DNA of 41,822 bases from the IMG/VR virus record IMGVR_UViG_3300037484_001946, positions 1-41,822 of that record. The stretch is one strand, 5' to 3'. Below the pieces are notes generated by a model. It was not told the DNA's origin. It ran no database searches and worked only from the letters and a program-made list of their open reading frames with translations. This document shows positions 7,862 through 17,035 of the stretch, in pieces (position 1 is the first letter of the stretch; every line of letters begins with the position of its first letter). The DNA comes from a virus (lineage: Duplodnaviria; Caudoviricetes). The position numbers and the translations under genes were made by a program.

Positions 7862-10077
7862 TTCACCGTGGCCGACTTGACCTTGATCCGCTTCGAGTCG
7901 AGCCCCTCCTGGACGATTTCCGTCACCACTTGCTTAATCCTTTTCCCGCCGATATAGATGTCCTGATAGAGATAGATCGGCCGCCCCGCGCCCTCGCCCG
8001 CGATCGCCCGGGCGGCGCGCGCGGCCGTGCCGCGGGGGAGCGGGACAACAGCCTCCTCGCCGGCCTCTCCCGCCTCAAACTTCCCATCCGCTGAAAACGC
8101 CCGCCGGGTCAGGATCCCGCCCCTGCCCAGGGGGATCGGCTGAGAGCGAATCAAGGCAATTTGAAACGCGCCGGCTGCGGCAACGATTACGCTCAAGATC
8201 GGGCCGAGGATCGGCCCCAAGGCCCATGCCCGCGTCACGCCCTCGGCTGTGTTGATAATCGCCTGGACGGTCGAAGTGTTCTTTTGGGCGATCGCCTGGG
8301 CCCGCCGGAGCGATCGCTCCCTGCTCTCGAAATCAGCCTTGAGCTTTTCCTCGGCCGCCATCCGCTCCTTTTCCTTAAGCTCCATCTCGTCGCGTTTCTT
8401 GTCGTAGGTATCTTCGAGGGCCAGGAGCTTGGCACTCCGCTCTTCGGCCGAAAGGGTCAGGTCGGCCTCGATCGCCTTTCGCTTCTCCGCGTATTCCGCC
8501 TCCAGCGCGTCGCGCTTGGCAGCCACGGCCTTCTCCGTCCCGAACTGCTGATCAAGGACCGACTTCTGTTTGTTGTACCAGATGGTAAGGGCATTCTCTT
8601 GGGCCGCCATTCTGTTTTGATAAGACTGGGCGATGATCCCGTAAAAAAGCTGGAAATTCGAGGCGACGATATCGATCGCTTTCCGGGCTTCGTCAGCCCA
8701 TTTCTGCCAATCCTTTACGGGAGGAGGCTTGATTAATGAATTTTTTTTTGCCCATCCAGCCGCAATCTTCGACCAGCCGGCGTCGAGCTCGTCAAGCGCC
8801 GTACCCGCTCCCTTGACGGGCTTGATGAAATTATCGAGCTTTTTCCGCCCCTCGTCGATCACGTAGAAATCAATATCTTTAAGATCGCCCCAGACTTCGA
8901 CAAACTTCTTCGCCTCCGGCGTACATCGATAGAGCTCGTCCTTCAGGTCTTGGACCTTCTTCCTAGCCTTCTCGAGGGTGGCCGGGGTCGTCTCGCCGGT
9001 CCGCTGGAGCTCGGCCAGGGCCCGCTCGGCTTCGATGAGATTCTTCGTAAGATCGGCTTTCAGCGGGATTCCGAGGGCTTTGGCCTTCTCCCGAAGTTTA
9101 TCGAGCGTATCCGTAACCCCGTTTCCACGTTCCTCTATTTTGAAAAACACATCCTTTAAGGCGGCCCATCCGGCTTGCGAGGCCCTGGCTTCGTCGCCGG
9201 CGCGCTGTGCCGCGCCCGCCAGGACTATAAGCACGCGTACGAAGTTCGCGACCGCGGGAACACTCGCCATGCCCCGCTGGAAGCTTTCCCCGAATTTATC
9301 GATGAGCGCCGGGATGTTTTCGAGGATCATCTTCAAGGCTTCGAGCGAGACGTTCGCGCCTTCATTCTCGACGACATATTTCCCGAGCGCCTCCTTCGCG
9401 TCGTCCCAGGCGTTTTTCAATTGAGACAGCCGGCCGGCCATCGTGTCCGTTTCACTCTGGGCCCGGCCATACAGGACGTTGAGCTTGTCTAGGAGTTGGG
9501 CCTGTTTTCCTTCAGCACTGAGGGTTTCGTCAATCTTGATCCCGTAGCGGGCGAGGGCGATATAATTGCCTTCCATCGCCTTCGTTACCATCATCGCCGC
9601 CGATTGAAGGTCCGTCCCCATGACCGTCGCCAAACCGATCGCGCCCTTCGTCGCCCGCTCGATCCCGTCTCGGTCGAGCCTCGTCATCTGAAGGAGGAGC
9701 GTCTCGGCCCCCTTGATCGCCTCATCGTCATAGATCGTCTGTTTTTGGAGCGAGGAGGCCAGCGCGTCATAATGCCTGGCCAGAGTAGGAACGGTCCGGC
9801 CCGTAGTCTGAAGCGCCGATTCGAGGGCACGCTGTGCTTTCTCTCCCTCCATCGCCGCGGCCGGCATGGAGAGGAGTTCTTCTTTGAAGAAATTGAATCC
9901 CTTCTTCGCCAGGTCCACCGCGATCTGGGCACCAAAGAATTGCTTCCCCAGGCCGGCGATCTTTGTTCCCGTCTTATCGCTTGTCCCGCCGGTCCCGTCG
10001 ACCGCGTTCTCGAAATTTTTGATAGAGCTGACCGCGCCCTGGGAATCGACGGTAATGACGTATTTAATATCGGCCAT
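7858..10077 (-). CDS. Tape measure protein
   Basis: 739 aa, Ala-rich helical; follows tail chaperones; C-terminal GEAGEEAVVPL motif. Confidence 0.92.
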   Translation of the reverse strand: MADIKYVITVDSQGAVSSIKNFENAVDGTGGTSDKTGTKIAGLGKQFFGAQIAVDLAKKGFNFFKEELLSMPAAAMEGEKAQRALESALQTTGRTVPTLARHYDALASSLQKQTIYDDEAIKGAETLLLQMTRLDRDGIERATKGAIGLATVMGTDLQSAAMMVTKAMEGNYIALARYGIKIDETLSAEGKQAQLLDKLNVLYGRAQSETDTMAGRLSQLKNAWDDAKEALGKYVVENEGANVSLEALKMILENIPALIDKFGESFQRGMASVPAVANFVRVLIVLAGAAQRAGDEARASQAGWAALKDVFFKIEERGNGVTDTLDKLREKAKALGIPLKADLTKNLIEAERALAELQRTGETTPATLEKARKKVQDLKDELYRCTPEAKKFVEVWGDLKDIDFYVIDEGRKKLDNFIKPVKGAGTALDELDAGWSKIAAGWAKKNSLIKPPPVKDWQKWADEARKAIDIVASNFQLFYGIIAQSYQNRMAAQENALTIWYNKQKSVLDQQFGTEKAVAAKRDALEAEYAEKRKAIEADLTLSAEERSAKLLALEDTYDKKRDEMELKEKERMAAEEKLKADFESRERSLRRAQAIAQKNTSTVQAIINTAEGVTRAWALGPILGPILSVIVAAAGAFQIALIRSQPIPLGRGGILTRRAFSADGKFEAGEAGEEAVVPLPRGTAARAARAIAGEGAGRPIYLYQDIYIGGKRIKQVVTEIVQEGLDSKRIKVKSATVN

Positions 10078-10415
10078 CAGCTCTTCGCTTCCTGCGCCAT
10101 GAGCGCCGCCAGCCTTTCCCGGGCCTCGTGGATCAGCCCGAGTGCCTTAATGAACAGCCGCCGAGTCAGGCCCGAGTACCCCGTCCGCTCGATTTCAAAC
10201 GGCATGATTCCGGACTTCATGGCGAAGGGGGTCGCATGGTCCTCGTACCAGCCGACCGTCCATCGCTCGAAGGCGCTCATCGTCCGCTCCAGCTCTTCCA
10301 GCCGGCAGTTGATGCACCGGCCCCGGTCTTCCTGCACCCCATGCTCGTGATCCTCCGGTCTCAGGATGCAGTCTTTGTATGCGATCCCGAGCCTGAGATG
10401 CTCGGTCAGTTTTTT
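10077..10415 (-). CDS. Tail assembly chaperone GT, C-terminal part (reached by -1 frameshift)
   Basis: Open -1 frame KKLTEHLRLG... continues from the slippery site up to the tape measure start. Confidence 0.8.
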   Translation of the reverse strand, partial: KKLTEHLRLGIAYKDCILRPEDHEHGVQEDRGRCINCRLEELERTMSAFERWTVGWYEDHATPFAMKSGIMPFEIERTGYSGLTRRLFIKALGLIHEARERLAALMAQEAKS

Positions 10416-10762
10416 AGGAAGTTCTCCAGGTCCGCCGCGAACGCCAGGATCGCAAAGCCCAGGTAGCCCTGCGTCCCCTTGACGACGTTGCCGAGGAAGA
10501 GCGGGAGGTACTTCCGCTTGTTCTCGTCCGTACACGGGATTGGCTTCCCGTCCATCGTCAAGTCCCATTCCACGACCGACTCGAAGAGCAGCTCCTTCGC
10601 GATCTTCGACCGCTTGACTTCCTCGCCCTGGGGGATGTCGTAGACGGCCAGGTTTTCGACCGGCTTCAACCGGAGCCGGATGATCGGGGGATCGAGGATC
10701 GTGTTCTCGATCTCGTAGGTCTGCCAGTCCGAAAGGGGCTCGACGGGTTTCAGGTTCGCCAT
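10406..10762 (-). CDS. Tail assembly chaperone G
   Basis: Between tail tube and tape measure; GAGGAGG RBS; ends CTA AAA AAC TGA. Confidence 0.85.
   Translation of the reverse strand: MANLKPVEPLSDWQTYEIENTILDPPIIRLRLKPVENLAVYDIPQGEEVKRSKIAKELLFESVVEWDLTMDGKPIPCTDENKRKYLPLFLGNVVKGTQGYLGFAILAFAADLENFLKN
10409..10415 (-). promoter_or_regulatory. Programmed -1 ribosomal frameshift heptamer A AAA AAC
   Basis: In-frame X XXY YYZ site immediately before the G stop codon; -1 frame stays open to 10077. Confidence 0.88.
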
Positions 10763-10787
10763 GTATCCTCCTCGTCCCCGCGTGCGC

Positions 10788-11840
10788 TCACGCGAGGTAA
10801 TCGGTCGTCTGGAGATTGATCATTTCGATGAAGGGCCGGGTGTAGCCCGTCATCCCGGTCGGGGCGGCCGCCGACTCCTCGGCGATGAACTCGAGCTCAT
10901 CGACCATCATGTCCGCGAGCGCCGTTTTCGGCGGCTCGACGGGGATGAGCCTGGTAAAGCCGAGGAGGAGCGAGTAGTAGTACGGCGTCGCGATCAAGGC
11001 TCCGGTCCCCGTGATCGTCATCTTCTGCGCGGTCCTGTTCGCGAAGAGCGCCTCATAGGTCGTCGCCGCGAGCGCCCGCTCGAGCTTGACCTTGACCGTC
11101 GCCTTGAACGGCCCGAGGTCTTTCGGCCGGCCGATCCCGCTCGTGCCGGCCGGGAACATCCGATCGACCGGACGCTCGTACTCGACCGCGATCGAGGTGA
11201 TGTCGCCGAGGAGGTCTGCCGGCGAGGCGAGCGCTGCCCCGCCCTCGGCGTTCCACAGGGTGACGAGCTCCGAGACCTTGATCCGGTTCCCGACGTCGAC
11301 GTAGGTGAGCGCGTCGACCTGGGTCGCCCCGTTCACGGACGAGTTGTTGACGACGTTGTTCCCAAGGAGGGAGATCACGCCCTCGAGAAACCCATTCGCG
11401 AAATTGAGCGAGAGCTTGTAGGGGATGAACGACGGGACCTCCCAGATCCGGCCCGGGCGCTCCCCGGCGTAGGTGTAGAAGTTCGTGTAGGTGTCGGCCG
11501 TCTTGATGACGTGCTTATAGGCCGTCGTTGCTCCCTGTTGCGTCGGCGCTCCGGCCGTCCCGAAAAGACAGGCGATGAGCGAGCCCAACAGCCCCGGGTC
11601 GTACCGCATATGGAAAGGCGGCGCCCACTCGATCGCCTCGACGGGACCGAGAACCCCGCCCTGCGGCATGACCTTGTCGATGTCGTCATGCTGGACGTAC
11701 TTCTGCTTGAGCGCGAGCCCCCCGTCGTTCGTGATGAGGATGCCCTTTCCAGCGCCGACCGCGGCCGCCGTGCCCCAGGTCGTGCCCTTGGCCACGCCCG
11801 CGGCATAATAGCGTTTCGAGGGGAAGGTCGGAGTCGCCAT
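10788..11840 (-). CDS. Major tail tube protein
   Basis: 350 aa; E/K..WGTA start and AYKH motif typical of tube proteins; located between terminator and chaperone genes. Confidence 0.82.
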   Translation of the reverse strand: MATPTFPSKRYYAAGVAKGTTWGTAAAVGAGKGILITNDGGLALKQKYVQHDDIDKVMPQGGVLGPVEAIEWAPPFHMRYDPGLLGSLIACLFGTAGAPTQQGATTAYKHVIKTADTYTNFYTYAGERPGRIWEVPSFIPYKLSLNFANGFLEGVISLLGNNVVNNSSVNGATQVDALTYVDVGNRIKVSELVTLWNAEGGAALASPADLLGDITSIAVEYERPVDRMFPAGTSGIGRPKDLGPFKATVKVKLERALAATTYEALFANRTAQKMTITGTGALIATPYYYSLLLGFTRLIPVEPPKTALADMMVDELEFIAEESAAAPTGMTGYTRPFIEMINLQTTDYLA

Positions 11841-11841
11841 G

Positions 11842-12024
11842 TCAATCCTCCTTGCCGCTCTTGTGCGGCTGTTTATTTTTCGGATAGGCCGCGGCGCCCG
11901 TCCTCACCCACTCGGCGACGATCTCCGCGCCGAAGTCCGAGACGGGATAGTCCGCTCCCGGGACGAGCTGCTTGCCGTTCCGCGCCACGGAGGCGCCCAG
12001 AAGCCACGTGAATTTCTCGTTCAT
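11842..12024 (-). CDS. Small hypothetical virion-module protein
   Basis: 60 aa, GAGGAGG RBS, tightly packed between terminator and tube genes. Confidence 0.6.
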   Translation of the reverse strand: MNEKFTWLLGASVARNGKQLVPGADYPVSDFGAEIVAEWVRTGAAAYPKNKQPHKSGKED

Positions 12025-12033
12025 GGATCCTCC

Positions 12034-12513
12034 TCAGATCACTCCGAATGTCCCGGAGACCCGGAACCTGATTCGCTGATCGAAAAACCCGAAGCCCTCG
12101 AGGACGAGGTATCCGTCGTCGGTCTCGGGCGGCTCGTCGATCCAATAGTTCGCGGCGAGGACCGAGAGCGACCCCGCCGCTCCGCTCGAGGAGTCCGCGT
12201 CGATCGCCTTCCGGACGTCTCGGATACACCGCTCGAGCTTCGTCACCGTGTCGGCCTGGTCCTGGACGATCCCCTTCACGGAGATGTAGAAGTCCTCGTC
12301 GTAAGTGTGGGGCGCGCCCTCGAGCTCGATCTTCCCGCCCGAGGCGGTAGACACGCTGTAGCACGGAAAAGCCTTGGCCTCGTTCCAATGGACAAAGCGC
12401 TTGGAGACCTGCCTGGGCGTGTAGAAATAATTGTCTCCGGCCCGGATTTGAGAGAGGACCGCGACGACGCGATCGACAACCTGGAGGCGGAGGGGATCGG
12501 CGGGGGCGGCCAT
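12034..12513 (-). CDS. Tail terminator / tail completion protein
   Basis: 159 aa acidic protein upstream of tail tube; LR.QV...V...L..I and P.Y.V patterns. Confidence 0.7.
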   Translation of the reverse strand: MAAPADPLRLQVVDRVVAVLSQIRAGDNYFYTPRQVSKRFVHWNEAKAFPCYSVSTASGGKIELEGAPHTYDEDFYISVKGIVQDQADTVTKLERCIRDVRKAIDADSSSGAAGSLSVLAANYWIDEPPETDDGYLVLEGFGFFDQRIRFRVSGTFGVI

Positions 12514-12514
12514 G

Positions 12515-12793
12515 CTAATTCACCCTGACTTGGAGATCCGGCGTGAAGATCCGGCCGGCCGAGGTCGTAATCGTGAACGTGAGGACGTACTCCACGCCAG
12601 CCGTGCCCCCGGAGATGATCTGCGTCACCTGCGAGCCGGAGATAACGCAGCTCCCCGTGAGCGTCAGGCCGGTCGGCAGGACGGCCGCGGTGCAGGTGCT
12701 GATCGTCTCGCCCGAGGCCAGGTCGGGGGGCGAGAAATAAAAGCCGACTTCGAACTTCTCAGCGACTTTCTTGTAAACGAGGGGAAGACTCAT
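12515..12793 (-). CDS. Small fibre-adaptor-like structural protein
   Basis: K...E.....F...L.SGETI....ISGGTAG..Y...TITTS.GR motif seen in a widespread phage neck-region family. Confidence 0.6.
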   Translation of the reverse strand: MSLPLVYKKVAEKFEVGFYFSPPDLASGETISTCTAAVLPTGLTLTGSCVISGSQVTQIISGGTAGVEYVLTFTITTSAGRIFTPDLQVRVN

Positions 12794-14241
12794 TGTGTCC
12801 TCCGCTGCGGCTGTTCGAAAATCCGCATCTTGGGCTCGACCCTTTCCGGCTGCCGCGGGACCTGGATCTCGAAGATCCTTACTTTGGGGTCCTTCATGAA
12901 AATGACGGCGAGTCCTGGGAAATAGGTGACAATCGTTCCGGCGGCGGAGAAGACGGCCTGGGCGGCAAGCGATATGATTCCCCGAACCGTTCTTCTGGCC
13001 GTTGCCTGGACCGTGCTCGCGCCCGCGACCTGACCCGCCCCCTTGAGCGTCGATTTCCCGGACCCGGAGACGGACGAGGCAGCCGCGATCGCCGCAACCC
13101 CGCGGCGGACGAGTTTCCCGGCAGCCGAGACGGCCGAGGTTGCCGCGAGAGAGGCGGCCGCGAGAACTTCCCGCGTGATCGAACCGATGGCCTCAAACGC
13201 GGATTGAGCGGCGATCGTCGCGGCGGCCCTCATCGTGCGCCGGCCGACGGCCTCGACCGTGGATTGGGCCGCAACCGAGCCCGCTCCGCTCCTCGTGACG
13301 CGGGGGACGGCTGCGGCCGTGGAGATGGCGGTTATCGTCGCAGCGGCCTGAGTCGTCCTTCGCCCCGTGGCCGTAAACGCGGACAGGGCGGCGAGAGATG
13401 AGGCGGCTTTGCGGATGAGCTTTCCGATGGCAGAGACAGAGGATTGGGCGGCGAGCGTGGAAGCCCCGCCGAAAATCCCCTTGCCCGTTCCGCTGAAAGC
13501 GGAGCTTGCGGCGATGGTCCCCGCCCCCCGTCGCGTAACCTTGGCCGCGCCCGAGAACGCTCCTGCGCCCGCGAGCGTGCCCGCTCCCCTGCGAATGGCC
13601 TTGGCTGTCCCGGAAACCGTGGAGGCCGCGGCGAATGAACCCGCGCCCGCGACGATCGCCCCTTCTGCAAAATCACCAAAATAAAAATCGTCAGCAATCC
13701 CGTACGTATAAGCCAACAGTCCAGCATAGGCCCCCGAATCGACCGGGGTCGCCGGGTTGTCCGTGAACGTGACGTCGGGGGTTGTGTCGCTTCCCCAACT
13801 TGAAACTGAATCAGGAGAAGTACCTGTCGGATTCTTCCAAATGCGAACTACTGTATCGTTCCCCGTCCCCGAGACGGTTACCCCGACAACATCCCCGTCG
13901 TCGAGCACGAGGGCCGTAGAGGCGATGAGATGGTCATAATCCGGGCCATACCAGTACGCCGTTCCACCGTCGAAAACGAATAAATAGACAGACGTTGGGG
14001 ATGTATATCGGAGGGCAAGCCCATTCTCGTAATTAACGGACACCATCTTAACAAGGCCATATTGATCCGCATCCTGTTGTTGCGCCGCATCGTAATATAT
14101 TAGGCCAGCCGCCGCGCCACCATTAAAAACAATCGCCCCCGTTTCTATGCTCCAGCCGGTCACATAACCACCAGACACTACCTCCGTCCAGTTGGCTAAG
14201 GTGCCGCCGAAGGCGTCCGTGCCGCGCTGATTTACACCCAT
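12790..14241 (-). CDS. Neck/collar fibre-like protein: N-terminal lectin-like beta domain plus about twelve 20-aa Ala-rich repeats
   Basis: First ~190 aa aromatic beta-sandwich-like with lower GC; then repeats such as GAGTLAGAGAFSGAAKVTRR and GAGTIAASSAFSGTGKGIFG. Confidence 0.65.
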   Translation of the reverse strand: MGVNQRGTDAFGGTLANWTEVVSGGYVTGWSIETGAIVFNGGAAAGLIYYDAAQQQDADQYGLVKMVSVNYENGLALRYTSPTSVYLFVFDGGTAYWYGPDYDHLIASTALVLDDGDVVGVTVSGTGNDTVVRIWKNPTGTSPDSVSSWGSDTTPDVTFTDNPATPVDSGAYAGLLAYTYGIADDFYFGDFAEGAIVAGAGSFAAASTVSGTAKAIRRGAGTLAGAGAFSGAAKVTRRGAGTIAASSAFSGTGKGIFGGASTLAAQSSVSAIGKLIRKAASSLAALSAFTATGRRTTQAAATITAISTAAAVPRVTRSGAGSVAAQSTVEAVGRRTMRAAATIAAQSAFEAIGSITREVLAAASLAATSAVSAAGKLVRRGVAAIAAASSVSGSGKSTLKGAGQVAGASTVQATARRTVRGIISLAAQAVFSAAGTIVTYFPGLAVIFMKDPKVRIFEIQVPRQPERVEPKMRIFEQPQRRTQ

Positions 14242-14248
14242 TCCATCC

Positions 14249-14779
14249 TCAAAAAATCTCTGTTGCCGTTACCTCAAACGGCACCGGGCCGAGTGCGGCG
14301 TTCGCGGGCGTGGTGATCGTCAGCGTGGATGATCCTCCGGCCGCGACATCGACCGTAGAGAATGAAGCCGTCCAGCCGGTCGGCAAGGCGCTTGTGACCG
14401 CGAGATGCGTCACCTTGTCATACCCCGCCTGGGGCTGAATGGTAAAAACAAAACTCGCAGAAGCGCCCGGATAGATGTCCAGAGTCGTCGGAGATACCAA
14501 CAAAAAAAAGTCGGGTGGCTGCACCACCCGGATCGTAATCGTAACCGTCTTGGGAGTCGCCTGGGGATCGACGACGGCAAAGTCCGCGTCGCTCCAGTCC
14601 TCGACGACGGCCTCCTGGTAGGCCCGCTCGTAGCCGAGCACCAGCGCCCGCGCGTAGAGCGACGGAAGGGGAGCGAACGGCTTGACGGTTTCGACGCCGA
14701 GCCCCCCGGCCTCTCCCTGCACCCCCGCTCCGAACATGACCAACGCGAGAACCGCAATCCCCAACACCATTCTTTTCAT
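14249..14779 (-). CDS. Secreted protein with C-terminal Ig-like domain
   Basis: GAGGAGG RBS, ATGA overlap with luxR-type gene; MKR + hydrophobic core + VQG/E; PDF.L.VSP....I.PG.S..F....LP.GWTASFS....GGSSTLTITTP..A..G motif. Confidence 0.8.
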   Translation of the reverse strand: MKRMVLGIAVLALVMFGAGVQGEAGGLGVETVKPFAPLPSLYARALVLGYERAYQEAVVEDWSDADFAVVDPQATPKTVTITIRVVQPPDFFLLVSPTTLDIYPGASASFVFTIQPQAGYDKVTHLAVTSALPTGWTASFSTVDVAAGGSSTLTITTPANAALGPVPFEVTATEIF

Positions 14780-15015
14780 GAGTCTCCTCCTCGACATTCC
14801 CTGTTTGCGAGAAGCGCGAGCTTCGTCCTATCGTCTATCCCGATCTTCTCCCGGATGTTCCGCAGGTGCAGCTTCACGGTATTGATCGACCGGAATAGCG
14901 CCTTCCCGATTTCCTGGTTGGTCATACCCATTCCTAGGCACCGGAACACGCGCCACTCGGCACCCGTCAGCACGGCGTCACCGCCGGGAAATTCGACGAG
15001 GAAGCGTCCGCGCAT
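14776..15015 (-). CDS. Stand-alone LuxR/GerE-family HTH regulator
   Basis: LT..E..V...L..G.TN.EI...LF.S..TVK.HL.NI..K.G...R..L consensus; no receiver or ligand-binding domain. Confidence 0.9.
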   Translation of the reverse strand: MRGRFLVEFPGGDAVLTGAEWRVFRCLGMGMTNQEIGKALFRSINTVKLHLRNIREKIGIDDRTKLALLANRECRGGDS

Positions 15016-15023
15016 GCCTATCG

Positions 15024-15422
15024 TCAGTCCAACGTCGCGTCGATGTCGCCCGCCGCGAACTTGAACGTATCGCCCGAGCCGATCGGTTTCATGGCCGCGA
15101 GCGCCCCGTGGAAAAGCATGTTCCCACCCGACGCCGCATCGAATGCGGCAAAGTGCGTGATCGTCCCCCAGCTCCCCGACGCCTCCGCGAAGCTCAGGTC
15201 GGCGGCCGAGGTGATCGCCCCGCCCGAAGCGGCGGCCCAGTCCGCCCCCACGGTCTGCTTCCGGGAGTAGTTATTCCCGACCGGCTCGGCGATCCCCGAC
15301 CCGTCGTCGGTCGGATCGGCAGTCGAGAGCGCGAGGTAGATGTTCGTCGGCATCGTGAACGACGTCTTGCCGACGATGTGATCCAGGATCTTGAGTTCCG
15401 CGTAATTTGAGAATGAGCCCAT
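15024..15422 (-). CDS. Conserved neck-region structural protein (fibre-associated family)
   Basis: FSNY.E..ILDH....YLAL.TADP.D...E..G..Y.R...WGTITH.A.FDA.SGGN.L consensus of a common phage family. Confidence 0.75.
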   Translation of the reverse strand: MGSFSNYAELKILDHIVGKTSFTMPTNIYLALSTADPTDDGSGIAEPVGNNYSRKQTVGADWAAASGGAITSAADLSFAEASGSWGTITHFAAFDAASGGNMLFHGALAAMKPIGSGDTFKFAAGDIDATLD

Positions 15423-15443
15423 GTTGGCCTCCTATAGCTCAGT

Positions 15444-16061
15444 TCAATCCACCGTCATTTCGGCGAGCTTGAGGACGTTCTCCGGCCGGGCGGCTTCCTC
15501 AAGGTATTCGATCCGCTGCCTCATGGGGCCGGAGAACCAGTAGGTCGCCGGCAGCCGGACCTCGTTCTTGAGGACGAAGAGCGGGACAAGCTCGCTCGAT
15601 TGGCGGTAGTTCTCGCCGCCCCGGACTTTCTTCCACTTACGCTGGACGATGAGAAGGCTCCCGCCCCGACTCCGAATCACGAAGGCGTCCGGGAAGTTCT
15701 TCGGGACGCCCTTCGTCCCCGGGAGCGGGATGGCCAGGTACTTCTTGTTCTTGGGCCGGATTGTCCCGCCCACGTCTTGGATCCGAGCGTAGACGACGCT
15801 CTTCGTATTCCCGACGCCCGTCCCAATAAGCGTCCGGTAAGCGTTCTCCTCGCGCCCGATCTCCATCCCGACGTTCCGCGCCAGGTCGCCCGTCTTCCGC
15901 CCGCGCCCGGACTTCTGCATCCCCGCAGCCGAACGCTTGAGCACGCGGACGCTCTCCGCGCCCCAAGACGTCACGACCTTCTTGAACGCGCGCGGGAGCG
16001 CCTTCAGGACCTGCGTCTTCCGCAACGCCTCGGAGAAGTCCCGCGTAATCTTGAAGTCCAT
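15444..16061 (-). CDS. Neck / tail completion protein (HK97 gp10 or virion-morphogenesis-like)
   Basis: Start MDFK at 16061; basic; TG.L.R, YARIQ..GG.I.PK...LAIP and V.LPA..W motifs. Confidence 0.75.
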   Translation of the reverse strand: MDFKITRDFSEALRKTQVLKALPRAFKKVVTSWGAESVRVLKRSAAGMQKSGRGRKTGDLARNVGMEIGREENAYRTLIGTGVGNTKSVVYARIQDVGGTIRPKNKKYLAIPLPGTKGVPKNFPDAFVIRSRGGSLLIVQRKWKKVRGGENYRQSSELVPLFVLKNEVRLPATYWFSGPMRQRIEYLEEAARPENVLKLAEMTVD

Positions 16062-16062
16062 C

Positions 16063-16668
16063 TCACACCCTGTATTCGACGTATCTATCGAGGATCGCCT
16101 TGACCTGCGGGAGGAGAGGATCTTCGTTCCGCTTGCTGACTGATCCGTCCGGGAACGATCGCGAGCTTTCGTTCCAGTCGCCCTGCTGGTGCCGCTTCCA
16201 CTCCGCCGCGACCTGCATGAGAGCGGCAAGCTTGAGGTCTCCGGGGAGGGCCGTCTCACCCGTCCCCGGGGTCGCTCCCTGGACGACGTAGCCGGCCTTA
16301 TAGGTGATCTCGATATTCTGACGTCCTGCCGCCCAGGCCCCATCGACCCGGAAGAGAATCCCGATTTCGAGGTCCGCGAGATAATCGTAATCGTCGCCCA
16401 AGGTCAACGTTACGTCGTCCTCTTTGATCGACGTGATTGACGCGACCGGACGGACCGGGAGGAGGAGATTCTCCCTCCCCGACCCGTCCAGGAGCTTCGA
16501 GGTGTACGTCGTCAGCGCGAGCGTCCATCGGACATAGCCGTCAAAGAGCGCCGAGACGGAATCGATCAGGAGTTCCAGAACAGCGTCCCAGTCGGTCGTC
16601 GCCGTATGAATATTGCAGTACGTCTTGGCGGCGACGAGAGTAACGAGGGATGTCGCGGCAACGGCCAT
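16063..16668 (-). CDS. Head-tail connector (gp6-like adaptor)
   Basis: LVTL..AK.Y, L..LI, P..SITSI, I.ITY.AGY, LP.DLK.A and ILD.Y motifs. Confidence 0.85.
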   Translation of the reverse strand: MAVAATSLVTLVAAKTYCNIHTATTDWDAVLELLIDSVSALFDGYVRWTLALTTYTSKLLDGSGRENLLLPVRPVASITSIKEDDVTLTLGDDYDYLADLEIGILFRVDGAWAAGRQNIEITYKAGYVVQGATPGTGETALPGDLKLAALMQVAAEWKRHQQGDWNESSRSFPDGSVSKRNEDPLLPQVKAILDRYVEYRV

Positions 16669-16671
16669 GAG

Positions 16672-16908
16672 CTATCCCTTCTTTCCCCACTTTCCGCGCT
16701 TCCTCGCTTCGGGCGCCCCGTAAACCATCTTGTTTTCGGGGGCCCTGGGCAGCATCTTCTCTTCGCTCGGCGCCGGCAGGGTCGCCCGGCCGTCCTCGAG
16801 GAGGACCGCGGCGATCGAGGCCGGCAGCTCCGCCTCGCCAGCCGGGAACGTGGCCGGGTGGATCCCGTCCACCGCAACCGTGTATGCGCTTTTCAAGATG
16901 ACCTTCAT
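16672..16908 (-). CDS. Small hypothetical head-module protein
   Basis: GGAGG RBS before MKVILK; APENK motif and basic tail typical of small post-capsid genes. Confidence 0.65.
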   Translation of the reverse strand: MKVILKSAYTVAVDGIHPATFPAGEAELPASIAAVLLEDGRATLPAPSEEKMLPRAPENKMVYGAPEARKRGKWGKKG

Positions 16909-16939
16909 CGTCGCCTCCGGAGTCTGGGACTCATGCTTG

Positions 16940-16992
16940 AGAATGGGAAAGAGGTCGGGGTGCCGTTCTGCGAACGACTTTCCCCGACCTCT
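16940..16992 (-). terminator. Strong hairpin after the capsid and decoration genes (probable intrinsic terminator/attenuator)
   Basis: 11-bp perfect stem AGAGGTCGGGG (16950-16960) / CCCCGACCTCT (16982-16992) with an inner 7-bp stem; only a short pyrimidine tail. Confidence 0.6.
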
Positions 16993-17035
16993 CGTTAGCA
17001 CGTTAATCCCGCCTTGCTGCCTTTAGCGCCTCGGC

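Noticed and set aside
8741-8749. A9 run in the tape measure gene as a frameshift or phase-variation site
   Set aside because: Frame is intact (Ala-Lys-Lys-Asn) in an essential gene; nothing else supports slippage
14502-14509. T8 run in the secreted Ig-like gene as a phase-variable tract
   Set aside because: Short, in frame and encodes the expected DF.L motif; would need read-level evidence
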